Below are positions 51,060 through 60,515 of a stretch of DNA of 64,000 nt, piece by piece. This stretch comes from an uncultured Actinomycetes bacterium. GTDB taxonomy: Bacteria; Actinomycetota; Thermoleophilia; UBA2241. The notes beneath the pieces are model-generated. The model saw only the letters and a program-made list of their open reading frames with translations. It searched no databases and was not told the DNA's origin. Numbering within the stretch: the stretch's first letter is position 1; each line of letters starts with the position of its first letter. Made by a program: the position numbers and the translations under genes. Location: the NCBI GenBank assembly GCA_963709345.1, contig CAVPVX010000007.1, positions 1 to 64,000 on the forward strand, read 5' to 3'.

Positions 51060-51852
51060 TCAGCCGATGGCCGCCGGCTCGATCTCGTCGCGCAGGCGGC
51101 CCTTGAGCCGCAGGATGGCCTTGGTGTGCAGCTGGGAGACGCGCGACTCGGTGACTCCGAGCACCTCGCCGATCTCGCGCAGCGTCAGGTTCTCGTAGTA
51201 GTAGAGGGCGATGACGATCTTCTCGCGCTTGGGCAGGGCGTCGATCGCGGCGGCGAGACGCCCCTTCATCTCGCTGAGGTCGAGCATCCGTGAGGGATCC
51301 TTGCCCTTCGGATCCTCGATCGTGTCGATAAGCGCCGCCTGATCTCCGTCCGAGCCCGATATCGACCACAGCTCGTCGAGGGCCACGATGCTCGTGTTGG
51401 CGATCTGCGTGAGCGACTGGCGGAACTCGGCGACCGAGATATGCAGTTCTCGCCGCGATCTCGGCGTCGGTGGGGGCGCGCTGCAGACGGTTCTCCAGGG
51501 TGGCGCAGACCTTCTCGATGTCCCGCGCTTTGCTGCGCACCGATCGCGGCACCCAGTCGAGCGAGCGGAGCTCGTCGATGATCGAGCCCTTGATGCGCGA
51601 GATCGCATACGTCTCGAACTTGATCTCGCGCGCCGGGTCGAAGCGCTCGAGGGCGCCGATCAGGCCGAGGAGCCCGTAGCTGATGAGGTCGGACTCCTCG
51701 ATGTGCGAAGGCAGCCCGTTGCTCATGCGCCCCGCGACGTACTTGACGAGCGGCGAGTACGCGAGGATGAGGCGGTCTCGCGCCGCCTTGTCGCCCTGGA
51801 ACTTGTACCGGCTCCAGAGTTCCCTCACCTTGTGCTCGTCGAGTCGCGTCAT
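51060..51852 (-). CDS. FliA/WhiG-family RNA polymerase sigma factor (frameshift at ~51450)
   Basis: [39 protein letters not shown] and [21 protein letters not shown]. Confidence 0.92.
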
Positions 51853-51867
51853 CGTCGCCGGCTGCCC

Positions 51868-52833
51868 TCAGGCTCGCGGATGGTGCAGGTCGTATGTGCG
51901 CCGCAGATGCGCCCCGCTGACGTGCGTGTACACCTGCGTCGTGGACACCGACGCGTGCCCCAGGAGTTCCTGGATCGCGCGCAGGTCGGCGCCTCGCTCG
52001 AGCATATGCGTCGCGTACGCATGCCTCAGCATGTGCGGCGACGCCGCATCGATCCCCGCCCGTCGCCCGTATTTTACTACGAGACGGCGGACGTCTGAGG
52101 TGAGCAGCGCTCGCCCACTGCGCGAGAGCAGCAGCGGAGCCTCGCGCCGGGGAGCGGCGCCGGCCGCGCCGGCGCGCGCCGCGACGCCGCCGTGCGACTG
52201 CGGGCCGCGCGCCTCGAAGGCTCCCCTGCCACGCTCCAGGTATCGCTTCAGCGCCGCCGCGGTCTCTTCCCCCATGGGCACCACGCGTGTCTTGCCGCCC
52301 TTACCGTGCACGATCAGCTGCGCCTCTCCAGGTTTCACGTCGCCGAGGCGAAGGGCGACGACCTCCATGCTTCGCAGGCCACAGCCGTAGAGCAGTTCGA
52401 AGACGAGGCGGTCGCGCAACGCGAAGGGATCGGCGCCACCGGCTGCCGCAAGCAGCGCCTCCACATCGGCAAGGCTCAGGACGCGCGGGAGGCGACGGCG
52501 ACGGCGAGGCCCCGGCAGCGACCGGGTCGGGTCGGCCTCAAGCACGCCGCATTCGGTCAGGTATCGCGTCAGGCCGCGAAGGGTGGACAGCTTGCGCGCC
52601 GTCGTGGCCGGCGCGTACCCGCGACGGCCGAGCTCGGCGCTGAACGCCCGCACCTGACGGCGATCGAGATCATCGACGTTGAGACCGTGCTCGTCCAGCC
52701 ATTCAAGCAGCTGGCGCAGGTCTGACGAATACGAACGCCGCGTAGCGCTTCCAGAGCCCCGGACCTCGAGATCGCGGAGAAACCCCGCACAGCGTCCGCA
52801 CGGGTCCGCGTCCGTCGAACCGCGTCCTGTCAT
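51868..52833 (-). CDS. xerC: Tyrosine recombinase XerC-like
   Basis: LLYGCGLRSME, GKGGKTR, SPHMLRHAYATH, LLGH and TTQVY, in the conserved dprA-xerC context. Confidence 0.85.
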   Translation of the reverse strand: MTGRGSTDADPCGRCAGFLRDLEVRGSGSATRRSYSSDLRQLLEWLDEHGLNVDDLDRRQVRAFSAELGRRGYAPATTARKLSTLRGLTRYLTECGVLEADPTRSLPGPRRRRRLPRVLSLADVEALLAAAGGADPFALRDRLVFELLYGCGLRSMEVVALRLGDVKPGEAQLIVHGKGGKTRVVPMGEETAAALKRYLERGRGAFEARGPQSHGGVAARAGAAGAAPRREAPLLLSRSGRALLTSDVRRLVVKYGRRAGIDAASPHMLRHAYATHMLERGADLRAIQELLGHASVSTTQVYTHVSGAHLRRTYDLHHPRA

Positions 52834-52974
52834 CTGATCCTGTCCGGAGCAACGCTCCCGCGGAGCGGGCACTGGGCACCCCCTGAGGCGCCCTAGCTTT
52901 CAACGCCCCGTTTCCTCCTTCCTGCCTCTCCGCACCACACGACGGTGAAACCGTCTCGCTCTCGCGCTCGGCAT

Positions 52975-54237
52975 CTACCGCCGCTGCAACCGATACCGGC
53001 CACCATCCGTGCGCCGCGCCAGCCCCTCGACCTCGAGCTCGCTGGCCGCAGCCGCCGCCTTCGACGCGGGGATACCGCAGCGCCGGGAGACCTCGTCGAC
53101 GGTCATGGCGCCGGTCTCGAGAGCGCGCAGCACTTTGCGCACCGCTCCCTCGCCGTGATCGAGGATGACGGCGTCCTCTGCGAGGAGCGCCGAGGAGCCG
53201 CGGTCGGCGTCCGGACCCGCCGGCGCGCCGGCGGCGATGCCCCGGATCACGTCCGCGGCGCTCTCGCACAGCTTGGCGCCGTCGCGAAGGAAGAGGTGCG
53301 GAGCCGCGCTCAGGCGGTGGCCCGCTTCGCCGGGAACACCGAACACCTCCCGCCCCAGATCCACCGCGAATCCACCGGTGATCCTGGCTCCGCTTCTCTC
53401 CGCGCCCTCGACAACCACGACGCCGCGAGCGAGTGCGGCCATCACGCGATTGCGCGCCGGGAAGCGCCAGCGGCGCGCACGCACGCCCCACGTGAACTCC
53501 GAGACGACCAGACCTCTCGCTGCGACCTGGGCGTGGAGTCGCGTGTTCTGCCGGGGGTACGCCACGTCGGCCCCGCATCCCAGCACGGCCACGGTCGCCG
53601 GCCGGTCGCTTCCACCGGGGGCCTCGAGAGCGGCGGACTGGGCCACCGCGTCGATTCCGAAGGCGAGACCGCTGACGACGATGAGCCCCGCGACCGTGAG
53701 GTCGCGCCCGAGCATGCGCGCCATGTCCTCGCCGTACGGCGACGGCGCGCGCGTGCCGACGACGGCGATGGACGGCACGAGAGCAAGCGCCGCGAGCCGC
53801 GCCTCGACCAACTCGCGCGACGGTCCTCGCACGAACAGGCACAGCGGCGGGTCGGGGAGCTTGCGGAGCTGAGCCGGGTACAGCGGGTCGCACCAGGCGA
53901 TCACGGAGTCCCCCGCCGGCCGTCGCCGCGCCGCCAGTGCGCACGCCTCCGGCCCGGCCGCGAGAGTCTCGGCGAAGCGCCGGGCGTCGGAGGCTTCGTC
54001 GGCGATGGGACCCGTAGAGGACCGCCCCCCGCTCTTGGACGCTCGCCCGGAAGCGCCGGCGCCCCGGGCACGCCGGGTCGCGTGGCGCACGATGTCCTGC
54101 GGGGGGTGGCCGAGGATCTCCCCCACCGAGCCGAACCGTTCCACCAGTCTCATGATGAAGCCCTGCCGCCACGAGGCGAGGGTCCCGAGCCACACACAGA
54201 GCGCGTCGGTCGAGACCCCGTCTGCGTCAGCGCGCAC
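52975..54237 (-). CDS. dprA: DNA-processing protein DprA
   Basis: YPAQLRKLPDPP, VVGTR, VSGLAFGID, FPARNR and SGARIT. Confidence 0.93.
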   Translation of the reverse strand: MRADADGVSTDALCVWLGTLASWRQGFIMRLVERFGSVGEILGHPPQDIVRHATRRARGAGASGRASKSGGRSSTGPIADEASDARRFAETLAAGPEACALAARRRPAGDSVIAWCDPLYPAQLRKLPDPPLCLFVRGPSRELVEARLAALALVPSIAVVGTRAPSPYGEDMARMLGRDLTVAGLIVVSGLAFGIDAVAQSAALEAPGGSDRPATVAVLGCGADVAYPRQNTRLHAQVAARGLVVSEFTWGVRARRWRFPARNRVMAALARGVVVVEGAERSGARITGGFAVDLGREVFGVPGEAGHRLSAAPHLFLRDGAKLCESAADVIRGIAAGAPAGPDADRGSSALLAEDAVILDHGEGAVRKVLRALETGAMTVDEVSRRCGIPASKAAAAASELEVEGLARRTDGGRYRLQRR

Positions 54238-55762
54238 GCCGGTCCCTCGCACGGTACGTGAGACTCTCGGAGAGGTGCTCGACGGCGATCGTCTCAGCGC
54301 CGGCAAGATCGGCGATGGTGCGCGCCACCTTGATCACGCGCTCGCAGGCGCGGGCGCTGAGCCGCAGGCCCTCGTACGCCCGGTCGAGCAGTGCGACCGC
54401 ATCCCGGTCGAGTGGGCAGAAGCGGCGCACGTCCCGGGGCGACATGTGCGCGTTGGCGTACACGCCGCTGCCGGCGAGTCGAGCGACCTGCCGCTCCCTG
54501 GCGGCGACCACGCGTTCCCGGACTGCCACCGACGATTCCGCGCCGCCCGCGAAGCGCCGGTCTCTCGGGGACACCCTCGGCACGTCCAGCCGAAGGTCGA
54601 TCCGGTCCAGCAGCGGTCCGCTGAGCCGGGCGCCGTACTGGCGCAGCCGATGCGCCGGGCAGACGCACTGGCGCTGATTGTCGCCGAGGTACCCGCAGGG
54701 GCACGGATTCATCGCCGCCACGAGCATGAGGCGCGCCGGGAAGGTGACCGACGCCAGGCGGCGGCTGATGGTGATCTCGCCGTCCTCGAGCGGCTGCCTC
54801 AGGGCCTCCAGCGCCGACAAGCGGTACTCCGGGAACTCGTCGAGGAAGAGGACGCCGAGATGGGCGAGGCTCACTTCACCCGGGCGCGGCGAGCCGCCGC
54901 CGCCCACCAGGCCCGGCGACGAGATCGTGTGGTGCGGGGCCCGGAAGGGCCGCCGGGCGACCAGGGGGCGCCCTTCCGGCAGCAGGCCCGCGACACTGTG
55001 GACCCTCGTGATCTCGATCGCCTCACCCGGCGTGAGTGGCGGCATGATGCCGGGGATGCGACGCGCGAGCATCGTCTTGCCGGCCCCGGGCGGGCCGGTC
55101 ATGAGCACGTTGTGCGAGCCGGCGACGGCCACCTCCATGGCCCGCCTGGCCTCCTGCTGGCCGGCGACATCCGCGAGGTCGGTGGTGACGTCCGGCGAAG
55201 CGGCCAGCAGGCTCCGCAGGTCGGCCGGCGGGGCGGCTGCGCCGCCGCCGGCCTCGAGATGCTCGACGGCCTCCTTGAGAGAACGCGCCGGGTAGACCTC
55301 GAGACCTGGGACGAGCGTCGCCTCGGCAGCGCTGGGCGCCGGCAGCACGACACCCCGGACGCTGCGGGCACGGAGGCTCTGCGCCAGCGCCAGCGTCCCG
55401 GCCACCGGACGCAGCGTGCCGTCGAGACCCAGCTCACCGAGCGCCGCCAGAGGACCGCGCCCATCGCACCCGTCGCGCACCTGACCGGTGGCGAGCAGGA
55501 AGGCGAGAGCGATGGGCAGATCGAACGACGGGCCCTCCTTGCGGAGGTCCGCGGGCGCGAGGTTCACGGTGATTCTCCGAGAGGGAAACGCGAACTCCGA
55601 GTTGACGATCGCCGCCCGCACACGCTCGCGGCTCTCCTGGACGGCGGCGTCGGGGAGTCCGACGATGCTGAACGCCGGCGCGGCGGCGACGATGTCGGCC
55701 TCGACCTCGACCGGGTGTCCCTGAAGGCCGTTCAGAGCCTCACTGGCGATACGTGCGAGCAT
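54227..55762 (-). CDS. comM: YifB/ComM Mg-chelatase-like AAA+ ATPase
   Basis: GLPDAAVQESRER, NLAPADLRKEG, GPPGAGKT, PFRAPHHT, MNPCPCG and SGPLLDRID. Confidence 0.93.
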   Translation of the reverse strand: MLARIASEALNGLQGHPVEVEADIVAAAPAFSIVGLPDAAVQESRERVRAAIVNSEFAFPSRRITVNLAPADLRKEGPSFDLPIALAFLLATGQVRDGCDGRGPLAALGELGLDGTLRPVAGTLALAQSLRARSVRGVVLPAPSAAEATLVPGLEVYPARSLKEAVEHLEAGGGAAAPPADLRSLLAASPDVTTDLADVAGQQEARRAMEVAVAGSHNVLMTGPPGAGKTMLARRIPGIMPPLTPGEAIEITRVHSVAGLLPEGRPLVARRPFRAPHHTISSPGLVGGGGSPRPGEVSLAHLGVLFLDEFPEYRLSALEALRQPLEDGEITISRRLASVTFPARLMLVAAMNPCPCGYLGDNQRQCVCPAHRLRQYGARLSGPLLDRIDLRLDVPRVSPRDRRFAGGAESSVAVRERVVAARERQVARLAGSGVYANAHMSPRDVRRFCPLDRDAVALLDRAYEGLRLSARACERVIKVARTIADLAGAETIAVEHLSESLTYRARDRRAR

Positions 55763-55782
55763 CGGCGCCCCCCTCCTCCAGA

Positions 55783-56157
55783 TCATCCATCCGAGGTGAA
55801 CGCGCCGGGCAGGTGGCGAACGCTCGCGGGTCGGCTCGAGGCGTCGACGGCGATGACATCGAAGCGAACGTCGTCGACACCGCGCAGCGCCCACGGGCGT
55901 ACGCCCAGCCACAGTTCGGCGAGCCGGGCCACCTGGCGCCGCTTGCGCGCGTCCACGCCGTCTTCCGGGGCGCCGAAGGTGGTCGTCCGCCGCGCCTTCA
56001 CCTCGACGAAGGCCAGCACGCCGGCGCGGCGCACGATGAGGTCGAGCTCCCCGCGGCCGACGCGCACGTTGCGGCCGAGGACGCACCACCCTCTGGCGAT
56101 GAGATACCGCGAGGCGGCCTCTTCGGCCGCACGACCCAGCTGTTGCCGTTCGTTCAT
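55783..56157 (-). CDS. YraN family protein
   Basis: GELDLI..FVEVKAR..RFDVIAV. Confidence 0.9.
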   Translation of the reverse strand: MNERQQLGRAAEEAASRYLIARGWCVLGRNVRVGRGELDLIVRRAGVLAFVEVKARRTTTFGAPEDGVDARKRRQVARLAELWLGVRPWALRGVDDVRFDVIAVDASSRPASVRHLPGAFTSDG

Positions 56158-56246
56158 GGGAGTCAGCGTAGCGGCCGCAGAGCACGCGTCATACGGTGCC
56201 GATCGCCCCGCTGGGGTGACGTTGGCCAAAGTCGAGCGGGCCGCCG

Positions 56247-56972
56247 TCAGGTATGCCGGAGCGCCTCCGGGGTGAGCTTCAGGCCGAGCTGCTCGTACGC
56301 CACGCTGTTGAAGGACATCCGGTGAAGCTCACAGACGCCGTGCGCGGCGATGGCGTCCCGGTGCGCGGCGGTGGCGTACCCGACGTGGCGGTCGAAGCCG
56401 TACTCCGGAAAACGGTCGTGCAGGGTGTGCATCAGGCGGTCGCGCGTCACTTTGGCGATGATCGAGGCGGCGGCGATGGCCGCGGAACGGTGATCGCCGC
56501 CCACGACGGCCCGGTGAGCCCGGCCACACCCCGGGAGCGCGAACCCGTCGACGAGCGTCACCCGCGGAGGCGGATCGAGACGCTCAACCGCCGCCGCCAG
56601 AGCCCCCAGGTTGCAGTTGTGCAGACCGTCGCGGTCGATGGTGCCCGCGGAGCAGGCGACGACGACGACTTGGCGGGCACGCGCGAGGATCTCCGTGTAC
56701 AGGGACGCGCGCCGGGAGGCGCTGAGCCGCTTCGAGTCGTCGAGTGCGGCGAGAGCCTCGAAGCCCGCGGCGCCGAGCGCCGCATAGTCAAGGCAGACGG
56801 CCGAGGCAACGAGAGGGCCGGCGAGACAACCGCGGCCGGCCTCGTCGGCGCCGGCGACGGCCGCGTCCCCGGCGCCGGCAGCCGCGATGTCGAAGGCGAA
56901 GCGCTCGTTCACGACCGCGGGGGCACGGCTACGCGCCCGCGCGAGCGACCTGACGGCCCGCGCGCGCCTCAC
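56247..56972 (-). CDS. rnhB: Ribonuclease HII
   Basis: GADEAGRGCLAGP, DSKRL, IAAASIIAKVTRD and HRMSF. Confidence 0.94.
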   Translation of the reverse strand: MRRARAVRSLARARSRAPAVVNERFAFDIAAAGAGDAAVAGADEAGRGCLAGPLVASAVCLDYAALGAAGFEALAALDDSKRLSASRRASLYTEILARARQVVVVACSAGTIDRDGLHNCNLGALAAAVERLDPPPRVTLVDGFALPGCGRAHRAVVGGDHRSAAIAAASIIAKVTRDRLMHTLHDRFPEYGFDRHVGYATAAHRDAIAAHGVCELHRMSFNSVAYEQLGLKLTPEALRHT

Positions 56973-56987
56973 TGCCTCTTTCCGGCA

Positions 56988-57590
56988 TCACTCGGCGCCG
57001 CCGATGCGCCCCGGCGGCCAGTACAGGGCGAAGGCGTGCCCGACCAGCTGGTCTCGTGTGACCGGACCGAACTCCCGGCTGTCGCCGCTGTCGACACGGT
57101 TGTCGCCCATCATGAAGTAGCTGTCGGGCGGCACGGTGTACGGCTCCTGCAGCGACCAGGGCAGCCCGTTGTCGAACGGCTCGGTGGGTACGGCCTCGCC
57201 GTCGACCACGCGCACGTACGGCTCGTCGATGCGACTGCCGTTCACGTACACGTCGCCCTCGCTCAGCGTGATCGTGTCGCCGGGCACACCGACGATGCGC
57301 TTGATGAGCACGGGTCCCGGGAACGGGGGGTGAAAGACGACGATGTCGGAGCGTTTCGGCTCGGACACGCGCCAGGACACGCGATCGACGAGCACGCGAT
57401 CGCCGATGAGCAGCGTGTCCTCCATGGACTCCGATGGAATGCGGTACGGCTTGACCAGGAATGCCTGGATGAGCAGCGCCACCGCGACGGCGACGACCGC
57501 GAGGACGGCGTACTCGAGGAGGGTGCGGCCTGTGGAAGTCCTCTTGCCGCGCTTGCCGGCAGAATCGCCGCCGCTCGATGGTGTGCTCAT
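56988..57590 (-). CDS. lepB: Signal peptidase I
   Basis: IPSESMEDTL, LIKRIVG and MGDNRVDSGDSR. Confidence 0.93.
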   Translation of the reverse strand: MSTPSSGGDSAGKRGKRTSTGRTLLEYAVLAVVAVAVALLIQAFLVKPYRIPSESMEDTLLIGDRVLVDRVSWRVSEPKRSDIVVFHPPFPGPVLIKRIVGVPGDTITLSEGDVYVNGSRIDEPYVRVVDGEAVPTEPFDNGLPWSLQEPYTVPPDSYFMMGDNRVDSGDSREFGPVTRDQLVGHAFALYWPPGRIGGAE

Positions 57591-57618
57591 CGCCCTCCAG
57601 GTTCGTTGCGGGAGTCTA

Positions 57619-58185
57619 TCAAAGCGTGCGCAGGCGCGAGAACGGCCAATAGGTGGCGAACCCCTCGCCGATGATCGCGCTGCGCGGCACGGTGCCCCAG
57701 ACGCGGCTGTCGTCGCTGTCCATGCGGTTGTCGCCCATGACGAAGAAGGTGTCCCGCGGTACGCGGAAGGAATCCGCCAGAGACCACGGATCATGCAGCG
57801 TGCTGCCGGCGACCGAGCCCGCCGCCGTCGTAGGGTCGCGGCGGTCACCGGTGCGATGGACGAAGGGCTCGGCGGCGGCGCGGCCGTTCACGTACAGGCG
57901 CCCGTTGCGGATCTCGAGCTCATCGCCGGGCACGCCGACCACCCGCTTGATGAAGACCAGGCTGGGATCCTCGGGATACCGGAACACGATCACGTCGCCG
58001 CGCCCCGGCTCGCGCACATGGTAGACGATCCGGTTCACCAGGACCCGGTCGCCCGGGCGGAGCGTGTCGAGCATCGACTCCGAGGGGATGCGATACGGCT
58101 TGACCAGCCACGCCTGCACCGCCAGAGCCACGAGCACCGCCAGAACGGCGATGACGACGTACTCGAGGACGGTGGCGCGCTTCAC
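57619..58185 (-). CDS. lepB: Signal peptidase I (second tandem copy)
   Basis: IPSESMLDTL, FIKRVVG and MGDNRMDSDDSR. Confidence 0.93.
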   Translation of the reverse strand: MKRATVLEYVVIAVLAVLVALAVQAWLVKPYRIPSESMLDTLRPGDRVLVNRIVYHVREPGRGDVIVFRYPEDPSLVFIKRVVGVPGDELEIRNGRLYVNGRAAAEPFVHRTGDRRDPTTAAGSVAGSTLHDPWSLADSFRVPRDTFFVMGDNRMDSDDSRVWGTVPRSAIIGEGFATYWPFSRLRTL

Positions 58186-58213
58186 GGTGGAGCCGGCACG
58201 CGCCGCGGGCTGA

Positions 58214-58558
58214 CTAGCGCTGCTTCTCGCGGACCCGCGCCTGCTTGCCGACCTTCTGGCGCAAGTAGTACAGCTTGGCACGGCGCACGTCACCGATGGC
58301 CGTGACCTCGATGTGGTCGATCTTGGGCGAGTGCACGGGGAACGTGCGCTCGACACCGACGCCGAAGGACTGCTTGCGGACGGTGAACGTCTCGCGCACA
58401 CCCTCGCCCTGGCGCTTGATCACGATGCCCTGGAATACCTGGATGCGGTGGCGTGTGCCTTCGACGACCTTGAAGTGGACCTTCACGGTGTCGCCGGCCT
58501 TGAACTGCGGGATGTCGTCGCGAAGCTGCTCGCGCTCGATGTTCTCGATGATGTTCAC
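58214..58558 (-). CDS. rplS: 50S ribosomal protein L19
   Basis: [16 protein letters not shown] and RRAKLYYLR. Confidence 0.97.
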   Translation of the reverse strand: MNIIENIEREQLRDDIPQFKAGDTVKVHFKVVEGTRHRIQVFQGIVIKRQGEGVRETFTVRKQSFGVGVERTFPVHSPKIDHIEVTAIGDVRRAKLYYLRQKVGKQARVREKQR

Positions 58559-58591
58559 GGACCCTCGTCTTTCGTCAGAAAAGCGGCGGCT

Positions 58592-58620
58592 AGTCTAGCA
58601 GTGCGGGGCGATACGCGCAA
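58592..58620 (-). promoter_or_regulatory. Sigma-70 promoter upstream of rplS
   Basis: -35 TTGCGC, 17 nt, -10 TAGACT on the minus strand. Confidence 0.55.
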
Positions 58621-58655
58621 AACCCGCGTGCGGCGCGGAGCCACAAGAGGGCATC

Positions 58656-59315
58656 TTACCGCTTTCGGACCTGCTCTGCCCGCCAGCCGGCGATCGCGGC
58701 GTGGTGCCCGCTGCGCAGCACCTCGGGCACTTCCCACCCGCGGAACTCGGCCGGACGCGTGTAGTGCGGGTACTCGGCGCCGCCCTCGAGGTCCGGAGCA
58801 TGCGACTCGCTGACGATGCTCTCGGGATTGCTGATCGCCCCCGGCAGCTTGCGCGTCACCGCGTCGAGGACGGCCATCGCCGCGATCTCGCCACCGGAGA
58901 GCACGTACGGGCCGATGGAGAGACGGTCCGTCACAAGGTGGGTGACGCGCTCGTCGATGCCCTCGTAGCGGCCGCAGAGCAACACGAGGTCGCCGCCGGC
59001 CAGCTCCTTGGCCAGGGTATCGTCGAGCTGGCGGCCCTTCGGGGTGAGCTCCACGACGCGGCGCCCGTCCTTGACGTCCTCGGCGACGCCGCCGAACACC
59101 GCTTCGAGGGCGGCGCAGACGACATCGATGCGGAGCACCATGCCGGCGCCCCCGCCGTAGGGCGTGTCGTCGACCTGCAGATGGCTCAGCGGTGTGTGAT
59201 CACGGTAGTTGGTGACCACGACCTCGTGTCCCAGGTCGGCCGCCGCCCGCAGGTGGACCTGGGCGAGGTACCACTCGAAGGCCTGGGGAAGCAGCGTGAA
59301 GACGTCGACGCGCAT
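58656..59315 (-). CDS. trmD: tRNA (guanine-N1)-methyltransferase
   Basis: VDDTPYGGGAGMV, CGRYEGIDER, IGPYVLSGGE and YTRP. Confidence 0.96.
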   Translation of the reverse strand: MRVDVFTLLPQAFEWYLAQVHLRAAADLGHEVVVTNYRDHTPLSHLQVDDTPYGGGAGMVLRIDVVCAALEAVFGGVAEDVKDGRRVVELTPKGRQLDDTLAKELAGGDLVLLCGRYEGIDERVTHLVTDRLSIGPYVLSGGEIAAMAVLDAVTRKLPGAISNPESIVSESHAPDLEGGAEYPHYTRPAEFRGWEVPEVLRSGHHAAIAGWRAEQVRKR

Positions 59316-59318
59316 GGG

Positions 59319-59840
59319 TCAGGCCTCCTCCTCCGGCTCGTCCAGCAGACCGTCGACGACGCGTACGTCCCCGTGGTCGTCCAGGCTGACGATCTCGTCG
59401 ACCAGCGGCAGAAGGACCTCACCGCCGTCCGGCGCCCTCACCACCAGGATCTCGTGCGCGGGCGCCTCCAGCACGTCGGCGACTTCGCCGATGAGCCGGC
59501 CGGAGGCCGTCCGCGCCGCACGGCCGAGCAGGTCGCCCACACGGTAGTGCGGCTGCTCGTCCAGGTCGTCCCCGGACGCCAGCAGTTCCATGCCCTGGAG
59601 GGCGATCGCTTGCTCACGGGTCGCGGCGAGGTCGAGACGCACGAGAGGGCGCCGGTCGGTCCCGCCCACGCGCGTCAGCGCGCAGGGCCGGGGTTCACCG
59701 GCGCCCTCCGGAGCCACAAAGAAGCGCGCGCCCAGCCGCAGTCGCTCGAAGCCGCCGGGCGAGAGGTTGAGATACATCTCGCCGCACAGACCGTGCACCT
59801 TGCCGAGGACACCACACGTCCACAGGCTCGGCGAAGTCAT
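59319..59840 (-). CDS. rimM: Ribosome maturation factor RimM
   Basis: GKVHGLCGE and a PRC barrel (AHEILVV..VLLP), located between khpA and trmD. Confidence 0.9.
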   Translation of the reverse strand: MTSPSLWTCGVLGKVHGLCGEMYLNLSPGGFERLRLGARFFVAPEGAGEPRPCALTRVGGTDRRPLVRLDLAATREQAIALQGMELLASGDDLDEQPHYRVGDLLGRAARTASGRLIGEVADVLEAPAHEILVVRAPDGGEVLLPLVDEIVSLDDHGDVRVVDGLLDEPEEEA

Positions 59841-59894
59841 GCCTCAGCGAGCGGTGTCACTCCGTCGCACCGCACGATGCCCCGCCCGAGGCGG

Positions 59895-60128
59895 TCAATC
59901 CACGATCTCCACGATGGCGCGTTTGCCGTCGCGGACGGCCGACGCCTTCACGATCGTGCGCAGAGCGCGAGCGATGCGACCCTGCTTGCCGATCACCTTG
60001 CCCACATCGTCCTTCGCCACTGAGAGCTCCAACACGACGGTGGTGTCGGTTTCCGTAGCCTCCACGTGGACCTCGTCTGGGCTGTCGACCAGCGACTTCG
60101 CCAGATACTCGAGCAGGTCCTTCAACAT
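59895..60128 (-). CDS. khpA: KH-domain RNA-binding protein
   Basis: DVGKVIGKQGRIARALR. Confidence 0.93.
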   Translation of the reverse strand: MLKDLLEYLAKSLVDSPDEVHVEATETDTTVVLELSVAKDDVGKVIGKQGRIARALRTIVKASAVRDGKRAIVEIVD

Positions 60129-60164
60129 CCCACTACCCCCTCCGTCGTCTCCGAGGAGACCTGC

Positions 60165-60410
60165 CTACTTCTCGATGCCCTTGATCGCGAACAGTCGCTT
60201 GACCGTCCGCGAGGGCTGCGCGCCCTCGCCGAGCCACTTCTTCGCCTTCTCGGCGTCGACCTCGATGAACGAGGGCTCGGTGCGCGGGTTGTACTGACCG
60301 ATGGTCTCGATCGCACGGCCGTCACGACGCTCGCGGGAATCCACGACGACGATACGGTAGATCGGGTTCTTCGTGCTCCCTACCCGGGTCAATCTGATAC
60401 GCACTGCCAA
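60165..60410 (-). CDS. rpsP: 30S ribosomal protein S16
   Basis: [27 protein letters not shown]. Confidence 0.97.
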   Translation of the reverse strand: MAVRIRLTRVGSTKNPIYRIVVVDSRERRDGRAIETIGQYNPRTEPSFIEVDAEKAKKWLGEGAQPSRTVKRLFAIKGIEK

Positions 60411-60515
60411 CTGGTGTCACCCCCTCAGGGTAGTAGAACGGCGCGCTGCGACCGAGAGGTCGCAGCGGTGTGTGAACCTTACGCGACCCGGCTTCGGGCC
60501 GCAAGAACGTGTAGT

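Noticed and set aside
1-52000. Numerous frameshifts as pseudogenisation or programmed frameshifting
   Set aside because: They also hit core genes (dxr, the sigma factor) and differ randomly between otherwise identical repeat copies. This is the signature of long-read indel errors, so the genes were treated as intact.
51868-52833. Tyrosine recombinase as a prophage or island integrase
   Set aside because: It is XerC-sized and in the conserved dprA-xerC-sigma-rpsB context, with no att sites or cargo genes.
56988-58185. Tandem signal peptidase I genes as a novelty
   Set aside because: Multiple lepB copies between rplS and rnhB are well known in Actinomycetota.
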